From positions 3,268,831 to 3,332,830 of the forward strand of contig CM082578.2 of the NCBI GenBank assembly GCA_040954595.2: a stretch of DNA of 64,000 nucleotides, written 5' to 3'. The translations under genes were made by a program, and so were the position numbers. The first letter of the stretch is position 1. Each line of letters starts with the position of its first letter. Of this stretch, positions 36,458-48,208 are shown piece after piece. This DNA is from Balanoglossus misakiensis. Taxonomy: Eukaryota; Animalia; Hemichordata. The notes beneath the pieces were generated by a model. It was not told the DNA's origin. It was given only the letters and a program-made list of their open reading frames with translations, and made no database searches.

Positions 36458-37070
36458 GAATTCAGCACATTGGTACAAAAGTATCTGCAAAATTTACCCA
36501 AATACGACAAAGCCTCCCATATCAACATTCCAAAAGTCGATCGTCTCCCACTATGTGAGGAATGCAAAATTGTCAAATGCTTTGTACCCTACCCCATCGA
36601 TCAAGCAATATATATTTTTATAAGCATCTTACAGGAATACATTGAGTGACTTGTATAACAGTCATCATCAGAGCGCCTCTATTCCCACTTCACTTGTTCT
36701 CATAGCTTGTCTCACTATAAGACTATTCCATTTTTCATAGCTTGAGTCAATAAAGAACCATGTATACAAAACATATCTGCGCCCTACAATTTGGCACCGG
36801 TTACTTTCAATGATGTGTATCGAAATAGAAATCTAAAATAATTTAAACGCTTGAACAGTAAACCATAACCTGCGATTGGTATTGTTATATCTTAGGACAG
36901 CCGGACGCCCCTGTGCTAATCGTAGCATCGTCAATCAGATGAAACGATTCCCATCATTCCTAGATGACTACACAGACAAAGGGAAGAATTGAGGTCGAAC
37001 TTTGGTGACACCTAAAAAACGTTCAAAAAATGACAAGCATCTATGCACGTGTCAGAACATTAATTTAATA
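36458..37070 (-). pseudogene. Diverged duplicated segment (copy 2); probable ancient NAALADase-like relic
   Basis: Shares gaatgcaaaatt.tcaaa.gctttgta, caataaaga.ccatgt, ggacgcccctgtgctaa and tttggtgacacc with 29595-30325. Confidence 0.4.
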
Positions 37071-37793
37071 TTGGATAGGGGTTGTGAGAACGCCAGAAAT
37101 TCCATCCAAAATCAGCGTGAAGAATTTTACGTGGTGGCTGGCTGAACTTACATTTGACTACCGGCGTTCACTATATCAAGACACCTTAGCTGGGTTAAGA
37201 TTTCCCACGGTAGAATGTGTGTTGAGAATGGGATGAGCAAGTATATTTACAGACCATTATTATTTGGAAATGTTAAGGAGTATACAGCTATGTTATGGGA
37301 GTAATATTTCTCTGATATAAATAGCTGCACAAAGTTCATATCCATATAATAATGAAATAACCAGAACCGATGAAGATGGGAGAAAGGGTATATGTGCGAT
37401 GCAGTCAAGTGCGAAAAATGTTTTGTTATATCGTTCGTTTCTTCAATAATTAAATCAGACACAGCATCTATGCCCATGGAATGGACATTTACCTGAACTG
37501 ACTGACGTGGTCTGCTCTCCCGAAATTGCAGGAACTATGCGGTATTCTCGTGACACTAGAGTAGTTGAAGTCTGTGATGGAGAGGTTCAAGCAAATGTTT
37601 TCAAGCCCCTATTGCTGCCTACAAAATTTCACATATATTTTTCAACAGTAAAACACATCAGATATATATCCTCTAAAATCCTTACCATATCACTTACATT
37701 TGCATCAGTTTGTCATCTCTTGGCGACATATACCCCCATAGCTGAGCGTACTGTTTGTATGGAGGCTGATCAAATTGGTGAGACACCGTTTTA

Positions 37794-38573
37794 GGCTGCA
37801 TTCACAAACACCTCTGGAGGGGGGGGGGACGGGAGAATTCAATTTTTTTACCGTTAATTTTCACATGCCCCCCTCAACAACCTGAAATATTTTCAAATCC
37901 CCCCCTTCCGAACTGCTAAAATTTTCAAATCCCCCCCCCCCACCCATTTTCTTTCACAGAGCAAAACACATCACCTATCTATCTTGTAAAAAAGAAAAAC
38001 AGCGCTCCCATGAAAAGAATTTGAAACTGATGTACCCTCTCACTGAACATTGTTTTTATTTTTAAGTATTTGTATTCTGTGTTGGGAGACATTGTAAACC
38101 GAGAATTGAAGGGGGTGGGAGGGGGTGTCCCCCTCCTACGTAAGAAAATTTTATAAAATACAGAGCTCAAAGCTGCATTTTAATGAACCCGGCAAAAGCA
38201 AATTAACTCAACTACCGGTATGTTAGGGAGGACAAATTTAACCGTCGCCGCTCAAAGTTAATATGGGGTGGGGGCAAATCCCCTGACCTGGAACACTAGA
38301 CAAACCAGTCAATGATTGAAAGGTGCTGATGAATGGAGGGGGTGGGTGTGGGAGGGGGTGTCCCCCTCCCACATTAGAAAATTTTGTAAAATAAAGGGCG
38401 CGAAACTGCATTTTTGTGGACTCAAAATAAATATTTAGTCGTCAAAGTTTTCAAGTCCCCCCCTTTCAGTCCCTAAATTATTTCAAATCCCCCCCTTACA
38501 TACCCTCAATTTTTTCAAATCCCCCCCCCTCAATTCTCCTGCCCCCCCTCCAGAGGTGTTTGTGAATGCAGCC
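37794..38573. mobile_element. PIF/Harbinger-type MITE, family H3
   Basis: TIR GGCTGCATTCACAAACACCTCTGGAGGGGGGG / CCCCCCCTCCAGAGGTGTTTGTGAATGCAGCC; TTA TSD. Confidence 0.92.
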
Positions 38574-38792
38574 TTAATACAAAGCGTTTTCAAATCGCTG
38601 CATACATCCAAAATCGGGTATCGATAAGGTGTTCATGTATACTTATCAGTAAGCTTATTTAGATGGACCAATTTAAGTTGGAAAATAAAATCATGAAGAA
38701 AATGCAAAAAGTGGTAGCTCTAGAGGCTTTAATGTATCAATGACCTATATTCCAAAATGACTATCTTTGTAATCTACGCGTGGGATACATGT

Positions 38793-40965
38793 AAATAAAT
38801 AATAAATAAATAATAATAATTTATTTGTATAGCGTCAGTATCCACAAAAAATGTGATCAATGACGCTTAAAGCAAAAGTACAATACAACAAATGGCTAAA
38901 AAACAGATTTAAAAAGTAAAGTTTTAACATTTGATTTAAAAACAGATAAGTCTGGTGCCTGGCGAATGGTGAGTGGAAGATTATTCCAAAGAATTGGAGC
39001 AGCAACAGTAAAAGCACGATCACCATAACTCTTGGTGCGTGATCGAACAGGGCAGAGTTTGAACTGATCAGCTGACCTTAAATTGCGACATGGAACATAT
39101 AGATTAGTCATGCTAGAAAGATAGATTGGACCAAGTTTATGAATGGATTTAAAAATGAGAACTAACATCTTAAAAACAATACGCTCTGTAACTGGTAGCC
39201 AGTGCAACTGATACAAAATTGGAGTGATGTGACAGGTGATTTTTGAACGAGTTACAATTCTAGCAGCAATATTCTGAACGCGTTGGATACGGTTGATTGA
39301 ATACTTCGGGAGCCCAAATAAAAGTGAATTACATGAATCAATTCGAGACGTAATGAATGCATGAACTAATTGCTCTGTAGCAGAATGAGATAAATATTTG
39401 CGGATAAGCGCAATGCGACGTAAATGAAAAGTGGCAGAGCGGCAGATCTGTCCAATATGTGGCTTCATTGTCAGACAAGAGTCAAGGATCACTCCAAGGC
39501 TCTTAGCCTGACAATGGACGGGAATCAGAGAATCGCCAACACGAATTTCTGAAATCCCTCTAGCAGACAGATCACCCAAAATACCAGAGAAAATAACAAA
39601 TTCAGTCTTATCATCGTTTAAGCACAAGAAGTTTTCAGACATCCAAAACCTAACATCAGATATACAAAGTTCAAGATTTGAAACAGTTCTTGCTGCGTTG
39701 TCTTTACTAAAAGACATATAAAGTGAAGAGTCATCTGCATAAAAACTATAAAGACAACCATGACTTTGAACTAATTCACCTAATGGAGACGTGTACATAT
39801 TGAAAAGTATGGGACCAAGAACTGATCCCTGTGGTACCCCAGTGTCGAGCGGATAGAAAGGTGATTGGGTGGAATTTACAAGTACACACTGACTACGATT
39901 GGAAAGGTATGACTTAAACCACATGAGAACAGTATCTGAGAGACCAAAGCGGTCTCTTAAGCGATTGGGTAAAATGGTATGGTTCACAGTGTCAAATGCT
40001 GCGGAAAGATCGAGTAATACCAAGAAAACATCTCTTTTTTCATCAAGAGCAAGCAAAATGTCATTTGTTACTTTGAGGAGAGCAGTCTCAGTACTATGTC
40101 CTGGCTTGTAAGCAGATTGCAAAGGCTCGTCCAATGAATGGTTGACAATGTGAGAAGTCAGTCTCTTGGCAACAATACGTTCCAGGATCTTCGACAAAAA
40201 TGGCAGGTTGGATAGAGGACGCAAATTTTTGAGAACTTCATGATCAAGAGAGGGCTTTTTAAGTAGAGGTTTAACGACGGCTTCCTTGAAATGAGCATGT
40301 ACAGCACCATACTGCAGAGAGTTATTGAAGATTTCTGTGATATGTGGTAACAAAACCTGTAAAATGTCAGAATGTTTGAAGATCTTGGTAGGAATCGGAT
40401 CAAGGCGACAAGTAGATGAAGGCGATGCACGAATAACCTTGTCAATTTCATCAGCTGTTGTAGGCTCAAAGGCATTAAGGCGACAATCGGATTTCAAATC
40501 AGTTTGTGGTTGTGAATGATGTCGAATGGAATTGCCCATATTTATAGTTAGTGATTTTACGCGATTAATGAAGAATTTTGCAAAACGATTTGCTAATTCC
40601 AGAGAATCATCATGTTTTGGTAGTGCAGTGGATGTGTTATTGTGACCAAGCAGTCCCTTTACGACCTTGAATAATTGTTTTTGGTTACCTGAGCACTCGT
40701 CAACAAGGCCGACATAATGGTTCTTTTTAGCAGCATCCACAAGGCGAACGACGTCGGTCCGACAGGCCCTGTAAATCTGGCGATGTACTTCCAACCTAGA
40801 TTTCCTCCACATTTTTTCTGCCTTCATTCTTTTCAACCGGGCATCGATGATTGACTGATTAATCCATGGCACTGGTCGCCTATTTGGCACTAGTCTCACA
40901 CGGGTTGGTGCATGGCGATCAAATATATCGCTAACAGTGTTTTTAAGCAAATCCCAATTAGTAAA
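38793..40965 (-). mobile_element. 5'-truncated L2-clade (CR1 group) LINE
   Basis: RT ORF, short 3' UTR with agcgtca..tgacgct stem, and (TTA/TTTA)n tail at 38793-38820. Confidence 0.92.
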
Positions 40966-40971
40966 TGTCAA
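38896..40971 (-). CDS. LINE ORF2 reverse transcriptase (no endonuclease domain; 5'-truncated)
   Basis: 691 open codons: RPLSNLPFLSKILE, HSTETAL, LLDLSAAFDTVNH, GVPQGSVLGP, FYADD, LHWLP, YGDRAFTVAAPILWNNLP. Confidence 0.93.
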   Translation of the reverse strand: MTFTNWDLLKNTVSDIFDRHAPTRVRLVPNRRPVPWINQSIIDARLKRMKAEKMWRKSRLEVHRQIYRACRTDVVRLVDAAKKNHYVGLVDECSGNQKQLFKVVKGLLGHNNTSTALPKHDDSLELANRFAKFFINRVKSLTINMGNSIRHHSQPQTDLKSDCRLNAFEPTTADEIDKVIRASPSSTCRLDPIPTKIFKHSDILQVLLPHITEIFNNSLQYGAVHAHFKEAVVKPLLKKPSLDHEVLKNLRPLSNLPFLSKILERIVAKRLTSHIVNHSLDEPLQSAYKPGHSTETALLKVTNDILLALDEKRDVFLVLLDLSAAFDTVNHTILPNRLRDRFGLSDTVLMWFKSYLSNRSQCVLVNSTQSPFYPLDTGVPQGSVLGPILFNMYTSPLGELVQSHGCLYSFYADDSSLYMSFSKDNAARTVSNLELCISDVRFWMSENFLCLNDDKTEFVIFSGILGDLSARGISEIRVGDSLIPVHCQAKSLGVILDSCLTMKPHIGQICRSATFHLRRIALIRKYLSHSATEQLVHAFITSRIDSCNSLLFGLPKYSINRIQRVQNIAARIVTRSKITCHITPILYQLHWLPVTERIVFKMLVLIFKSIHKLGPIYLSSMTNLYVPCRNLRSADQFKLCPVRSRTKSYGDRAFTVAAPILWNNLPLTIRQAPDLSVFKSNVKTLLFKSVF

Positions 40972-41397
40972 ACTGCTTCATTTAAACAGAGGGAACTCGA
41001 TATACTGTTCTCCATCAAAACATTTGCGAATAATGCCAGGCCACTGCACGTTGAGTCATGGTTGAAAAGCAGTGCATTACATTAAAATTGTAATGTTAAT
41101 AATAAAATCAACCCCTTTCATAATGTATTTCTGATCTGCTTTACGCAATGCAATGACACAACATGGCGCGTGACACACAATTTGAAAGGGCTATTAGTTG
41201 AATGATGAATAAAGTTCACAAAGAAAGCTTTAAGCGAATCCTTCTCACGGCCATTGTCGCTATATTTCACTCTCCTGATCAAAGGCGGGATCGTGGTTGT
41301 GGCGCTGTTGTATCAGTTTTTTGCAGTGGACTTGCAAAGCATCTACTTGAGTGTGATGGTTATGCTTCTGAATTTGTAACAACCTCAGAGTAAGTTA

Positions 41398-42547
41398 GGG
41401 ACCGTTCAGTTTTTACGGCCGGGGGGGCCGGCAAAATCCAGGGGGGGGGGGGTCACTTAAATTTTGAAGTCCACAAGGGGGGGGGGGTCATCTGTTTTTT
41501 TTTAAACGTTTAGGGTGGGTCACATAATTTTGCCACCGAACTTTTGCTTTTGAGTCCACAAAATTGCAGTTTCGCACCCTTTTTTTACAAAATGTTCTAA
41601 TGTGGGAGGGGGACACCCCCTCCCACACCCACCCCATTCATTCTCCGCCACATTTCATTTTTTGCTGGTTTGTCTAGTGTACCAGGGCAGAGTGCTTGCC
41701 ACCCCAAACCCACCAATGATAATATTTAACAAAGTGAATACATAAAGGAGAATAATTGTGCATAACTGCTAGTTTCGCGCTGCATCTTCTATATACTAGA
41801 GTTTTATAAATTATGTCATGACAAGATGATGCCAAATCTTCTAACTTTGAGTGGAGTGGCAAAAAGTAAAATTGGTCCTCCCAAACATTGAGATAATTTG
41901 CTTTTGAGTTCATTAAAATGCAACTTTGCGCTACATATCTTACAAAATTTTCTTATGTGGGGGGTGTCCCCCTCCCACACCCACCCCCTCCATTCTTCGC
42001 CACATTGCATTTATTCACTGGTTTGTCTAGTGTACCAGGGAAGACTTCTTGCCACCCCACCCCGATGCTTACTTTTAGTGGAGTGGCAAAATTAAATTTT
42101 GTCCTCTCTAACATTGAGTTAATTTGCTTTTGAGTTCATTAAATTGCAACTTTGTGCACCGTATTTTACAAAATTTTCACGCCCACCCCCTCCACTTTTT
42201 TTGTTTTACCGATTCTAGCAACTATTGTATTGACTTGTCATTTTAATTTGTTCATAGATATCTTTATTGCAACGATATACTATTATATACTTCAATAATA
42301 CTTTAAGAATTATATAATTGAGGTGTGAGGAGCCTCATTCACTTTATTGCATACAGTGTACATAGGATAAGGACGGCGAATGTTTTGGGCGTGGGGGGGG
42401 GGTCATCATATTTTTGGGTCTGTCAAAGGGGGGGGGGTCATCATTTTTTGGTCCGGGGTGAAGGGGATGGGGGGTCGGCCTGATTTTGAGAACCGATGAC
42501 AAAAACTTGCCGCCCCCCCCCCCCTGCCGTAAAAACTGAACGGTCCC
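41398..42547. mobile_element. PIF/Harbinger-type MITE, family H1 (second copy)
   Basis: TIR GGGACCGTTCAGTTTTTACGGC / GCCGTAAAAACTGAACGGTCCC; TTA TSD; highly similar to 14806-15969. Confidence 0.95.
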
Positions 42548-42735
42548 TTAGTTGAGGATTATCTCAAGGTTATCTGGTGTGAAAGCGATGAATAACAGGT
42601 TCACATCTCGTTTTTTTCTTCGAACTTCAGGACAGCTGCGATCATTTTGAACGATCTTTTAAACGGCAGCAGCACCTGCAGTATGTCGTTTACAAAAATG
42701 ACAAGCAATGTTAGCGTTTTAAGACATTTTCTACA

Positions 42736-42878
42736 TGTGACGCAGAATTTCGTTCATAGACCAACTCGGGAGCAGACCACATAGGGGAGGCCGATATATT
42801 CACAAACCACGTGAGGACGCTAGCCCCGCCCAGCCACCTCGTTCCCGAGTTGGTCTATGAACGAAATTCTGGGTCACA
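42736..42878. mobile_element. 143-bp MITE, Ginger-like
   Basis: 36-bp TIR TGTGACGCAGAATTTCGTTCATAGACCAACTCGGGA (1 mismatch); TGT..ACA ends; 4-bp TSD TACA. Confidence 0.8.
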
Positions 42879-43099
42879 TACAGGCTATACCTGGAATATC
42901 GATCTGTGTGGTTGTTCACGTACTAAACATGCGACTACGAGGCTCCGCTGCTCCATATGGCCTTCCGGTAAACAGAAATACATATGTTCGCCATGGTTTT
43001 GAGTTGCTATATGCATTGTTCTCGACTTCTTTTCCCTTGCATCAGCAACATTAATCGCCTTGTTAACTCCTGTTTTCAGAACTCCATCTGTGGGTATTT

Positions 43100-44190
43100 A
43101 GAGAATAATATACGCCCCGAAGACCCATAATGGACGAAAGCACACATTTTGCGACATAATGTATGAGGCGAAGCCGAATACATTATGGAGCACGATGTGT
43201 GCTTGAGTCAATTATGGGTCTTTGGGGCGTATATTATTCTTATTATTTTATAGTTTTGTCAATGCCAGTGAATTTGCAGACTTTAAAAACTATAGGTGCG
43301 AACAATTCAGACTCGCCCAGGAGATCGAGGGCGGAGCAATGGCGTACGCGTAAACAAAAGGTCACCTTATCGCAGTGTATCAGTGTACTGTACATTTCTA
43401 GTATCATATTCAAACATCAGGAAATAAATAATGAAGGTTTATTAACGCATGTGAAAATTCATCTAAGGGTTCTGCTGAAATATATCTGAAAGTTTCGATT
43501 TATGTGAATTTTTTGTGAGGTCTCGTTTGCGTTCTGAGGAAAGTTCACGTATACGGGCGCTCATAAGGTTGCAATACATAAACAAACTCGCCCCCGATTG
43601 ACCCTCCGTACAACAGTGACAATTGCAGCATAACTATTTTAAATATAGCTTCGTTGACATGACTGCTTGGTACATGGTACACGGTATGTATGGTCAACGA
43701 ATGTAACAATAATACATTTATTCAGCACTATTGGCCATCGGCCATATTGTACACAACAAAAAAGGATATCAAAGTTTACAGTTGCTTGAGGGTTCGTTCC
43801 TCGTACAGTCTTACTCTGGATCATCATCCAAGAGTTTTGGTCAACGAATGTCAAATCTAGCATCATTGAGAGGTTTGCTTTACGTGGCTGGGCGAGCCAT
43901 GTTGAAAACTGCGCGTGATTCAAGAGCAGACGACATGTACCGCCGCGGAAGGAAGAAAAAAATAAACAAATCACCTGCCGAGGTCAGGTTTGGAAATTAA
44001 TAAATATCGCCGTATTTATTCTGTGTAAGTTCGCATTGTTTGAAAACCTCCGTTATTCAGTCAGGAATTGTACACAGTCACTGTTTCTTGGGCGCGTCGC
44101 GCGTCCATGCATTATCACTTTACATTTAGTAATAATGTACAGCTATGACGTCACAAAATTCACTGGTATTGATGTAGCTATAATATAATA
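43100..44190. mobile_element. Hairpin-ended non-autonomous element (possibly Crypton-type)
   Basis: Terminal hairpin 43102-43240 centred on gaggcgaagccgaa; distal IR tcaatgccagtgaattt (43259-43275) / aaattcactggtattga (44156-44172). Confidence 0.55.
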
Positions 44191-44387
44191 TTAAATAATC
44201 TAAGTAAATGGACAAGTGTCTTTTTACTGGTATCAATTTGCTGATGACCAAATATCAATAACCATCATAGTCACAGAACAATATATATTTTACACATACA
44301 ACATACTAAACCACTTGTTGCTTTATATCAGAGGAGACATTTTAATAGATTTATCATAGTTAAAACCCAAAACAAGTTGTTAGATAA

Positions 44388-46248
44388 GGCCAAAGTAAGT
44401 AAATTCTTTGTTTTGCGTCCGCGCGCGCGTAGGTTTTCGGGCTTTTTTGAGAAAAATAACACAAAACTCATTTGCATAAATTTCCAATCCACGGCGGTAT
44501 TTTGTCGAAAAAAATGACATTTCGACAAATGCCACTTTACGGCAGTCCTATTCTAATCATGGTGTGACGTAAAACGGTACGCCCTACAGCAACTGCGCAT
44601 GCTCGTAGTTGAAGTCTGTCAACACACGCTGCTGGCTGCACGCGTCATGTCGCCGCGCATTTCCTCTGTCTGCTGGGAAAGCCAGGGATCCCCGTGATTT
44701 AACATGAATGAAGCCAACGAATAAGTCGTCCTAAAGGTTACGGAAAAAGATACAACTATCCTTGACTAGTTCAGGATGGAAGTGACCGACACGCAAAACT
44801 TTGCACGGCTACTGGAAGCCATGGTGAATGTACATGTACCATAAAGCCGGCCAGACAGTGTTTCAGTCGCCGATCGTCACCACCTCGTCTACCAAAGGAT
44901 GTTTTTCACCTTTTGTGCGGCCCCATACCCAGGTAACTAATTTATCTTAGTAGAGAACACTTTTATAGTCAAGCCAGAACACAATAATCTTTGTTGCTGT
45001 TTGATCACAGGGGGCTCGATTTTGTTTGTTGTTATTGATTGGCACAATAAATAAATATGGTCACGTTTGTTTGTTGACATGTAAGGTATACTAGTATTCA
45101 ACGGTCAGGGTTAGGGTGTACATGTATTCAACGGTTAGAGTAAGTGTTGGCATTTTTTCGATCCATGGCACTCCCACCTGACCGTTGAATACACCGTGAC
45201 CCTAACCCTGACCGTTGAATATTATACCTAACATGTCAACAGACAAACGTGACCATATTTATTTATTATGCCAATCAATAACAACAACAAACAAACAAAC
45301 AAAATCGCGGAGGGAGAGCCCCCTGTGGTTTGATTTCTGTCTTTTAAATCCAGTCACATGTTTTTTTTTATTTTGATAGATGTTTTCCTGGACAGTTTTT
45401 AAATATATTCATAAAGTGTGAAACAGTTATATTTGTCACATTTTATTTTCAAATATTTAATATTTAAAATTCATTTCATTTGTGATTTTTAGATCTAGGT
45501 CCAACAGATGATGGTGAGCATTACAAATCGTTCTGTCAGTGAAATGGTACTAGAGAAAGGGAGCATTTAAAGGGGGGGGGGGGTAAGCAAAAGAAAATTC
45601 TATGGTGGTAGATCAGTAAAAATAGGTGGTGGGACTGTGAAGTTCAGTGAATGTAGAACATTTGTGTTTATTGCAATACAGTCATATTTTAAGATTGAAA
45701 ATTATCATCTCATGGGTTGGCATATGCATCATACTTCGTAGTGAGATGTTATCACTATACTCAAGCATGTTTTCGTATTTTGTTTACAGAATTTTCAAAA
45801 ACATTTCTTCACAGAAATGTTTCATCGTGATCAACCAAACTTGGCAGATGGAAGTTTCTCCACATTACTACAGTGCCAGATTGAATAGTCCTGATGTTTG
45901 ATATGTTTGTGGGTCAGGAATCATCTCATCCCTATTACACCGGATATGAGGGAACAGTCTGCAGAACTTGTTGAGACAGTGGCCACATTCAGCACACAAA
46001 TAAGAAATCTAAAACTCGTAAAAGAAAAGCAAATGACAGATTAAAGGCTACAAATGACATTGTATTTTGATCATATTGTAGTAGTGTGTCACACTACTAC
46101 ATAAATGTGCATATTGCACGAGAAAAACTCTGAAATAAAGGCAAACTAATTTTGTGTTATTTTTTGTGTGTGTGTTTTTTGACCGCTTACCCTCGTACCT
46201 TTTAGAATTTTGAGTGGACGCAAAACAAAGAATTTACTTACTTTGGCC
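44388..46248. mobile_element. PIF/Harbinger-type non-autonomous element (related to H2)
   Basis: 33-bp perfect TIR GGCCAAAGTAAGTAAATTCTTTGTTTTGCGTCC; TAA TSD. Confidence 0.92.
45006..45327. mobile_element. Palindromic MITE, P-element-like, nested
   Basis: CACAGGGGGCTC...GAGCCCCCTGTG with long inverted arms; 7-bp TSD GTTTGAT. Confidence 0.85.
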
Positions 46249-46763
46249 TAATATTCGAAAACAAAATCCGTCACGATCTTCCCTGGTTCAAGCAACTAAT
46301 GAATACGTATCAAGTTCGTTTTTGAGGTCACGGAATAAAAGGCCTTAGGCTTTTGAAATTTGACCTAACTAATTTGCATATCAATGGCGTCAGGGGGCGC
46401 GCGCTCACAATCGTGCAGATTTTCAACTAGTTACCAGCCCCTTGTTAGACTCTGAAAACGGCTTAGTCCAAATCGGGGTGTAATGTCCTATAAAGGCCCA
46501 TAGCAACGGGCAAAAAGATCCCAGGGACCCATCTTAAGCACAACATTTTACTGAGTGTGAGAAAACGAGAGATGAATAATTATAAATCACAAAAGCAATC
46601 ACTACGGGGCGCGTGTTTTTCCTTAATACCTCTTCAATTCTAATTCATGGCTGACAGTGTTATACAACCTGAGAAAATTCATTTATCGTAATAGTAAGAC
46701 TATTAACCGTTCATATTCTTTACATACATTCAATGTGTAAATCGTTCTCGTAAAATCTCGCAC

Positions 46764-46883
46764 CTTCTTTGACGAGTTTTCCAAATGCACGTGACACCTC
46801 CATCATGACTGCCGAACCGCTGTTGGGGTCGATGGCGCCAAAAACCCAGGCGTCGCGATGGTTACCAAGCAGCACGTACTTGT
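46764..46883 (-). CDS. NAALAD2-like: Glutamate carboxypeptidase II-like exon 9
   Basis: [40 protein letters not shown], carrying the Zn-ligand His/Asp motif; AG..GT; phase 1-1. Confidence 0.93.
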
Positions 46884-47101
46884 CTGTTAACACGAGAAAC
46901 ATCGAATATTTGCAAATAAAACAAAATTATTTATGTGTGCGAACTCAATGCATATAGACAGACCTTCTTGTTGGAGGTGGGGAGTGTGGCTGTGCGTGAA
47001 CCAACGATCGAAAATGATAGTAATACAGAATTCCGAATAAACTACTAGTATAGTCCGAATTCAAAAGCCAAGGTAATAAACATGTACAGTATTCAACTAA
47101 C

Positions 47102-47187
47102 CAGTGTCAACAGATCCTACGATTCCACCGATGACATTGTATATCGTCGCAAGCTGATTCTTTGTCGTGATGTTGAGACGGACATAT
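47102..47187 (-). CDS. NAALAD2-like: Glutamate carboxypeptidase II-like exon 8
   Basis: YVRLNITTKNQLATIYNVIGGIVGSVDT; phase 2-1. Confidence 0.9.
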
Positions 47188-47317
47188 CTGAAATCAAGGG
47201 CAACGTTTGTCAGATTCCCCTCTTTTCAAACGATGACTGATTCATTCATTTATTTATTCACGGAGTGCATGGCGATCGCTTGAATCAGTCAGCAATATGT
47301 AAGACGGTAACAATTAC

Positions 47318-47416
47318 TTTTCGGCATCATCACCCCTGAAGCCCGGTCCGTATCGGTACGTAATATCTAACTCTCCCTTCCAGTCATCGCTTTCAACTTC
47401 TTCCCCGTCCATTCGA
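47318..47416 (-). CDS. NAALAD2-like: Glutamate carboxypeptidase II-like exon 7
   Basis: RMDGEEVESDDWKGELDITYRYGPGFRGDDAE; phase 2-2. Confidence 0.9.
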
Positions 47417-47852
47417 CTGTAAAGAGAACGATTAAACCCATTTATTGTGGTACCATATGGTTTATCCGCTCTCACTTGTCGTAAGCTCAACTGCAATCTC
47501 CCACTAACTAACCTGCAGTGTGTGAACCATCTGCTATATCATCTTTCGGAATTCGGCCGCAGCTTCAAAATCTAGCGGACAATCACAGCCCGCGTTATCA
47601 TTACGGAGGTAGCAGCAGCAGCAGTAAGGGGTGACGTGATTAGCTACTTACATGCCACATATAGGCCAAACACCGTGGTGGCGCTAATAAACTACTATCA
47701 ATCTAAAGGCACGTTCTGCTTTTTACTGAACCTCGAACTGATCTCGCACTGTTCAGTGTTGAGGTTTATGCAGTCTTCATTGTTCCTTGATACACCTCTC
47801 CTTTTCATGACCGCTGTCATCATCTAAACACTTGTCCATGTCTTATAATTAC

Positions 47853-47943
47853 CCGAGAAACTTTTCAGCGTCGTCATACCCAATGGGATGCACAGGTATT
47901 CTGGGCAACAGAGCCTCGCTTTCGTCGATTCTATAGGCATAGT
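47853..47943 (-). CDS. NAALAD2-like: Glutamate carboxypeptidase II-like exon 6
   Basis: YAYRIDESEALLPRIPVHPIGYDDAEKFL; phase 1-2. Confidence 0.92.
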
Positions 47944-48208
47944 CTGAGAAGATAACATTTGTATGGATAGGCGAATTTTGCATTTGGTCGCTTACGATTC
48001 AGTGTAGGCGGATATCCTGATTGACTTAAGTGATCAAACGACAAGATAGCGAATGCCAGAGTCGAAAACTACACCGAGTTCATGCAAATAGTCATGTTGC
48101 CGGTGGCTTACGTTAAAATACATTGGCGTCTACAGACAGTTTAAAATAGCAGTCAACTTTTGCATGTTATAGGTACAGTGACAGACAGTTAGCTTTAGAA
48201 CTTTTTAC

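Noticed and set aside
42883-42966. Plus-strand AG..GT-bounded exon-like segment
   Set aside because: The acceptor overlaps a MITE target-site duplication; no recognisable peptide or partner exons.
45105-45120. Telomeric TTAGGG
   Set aside because: Single unit inside the arm of a palindromic MITE.
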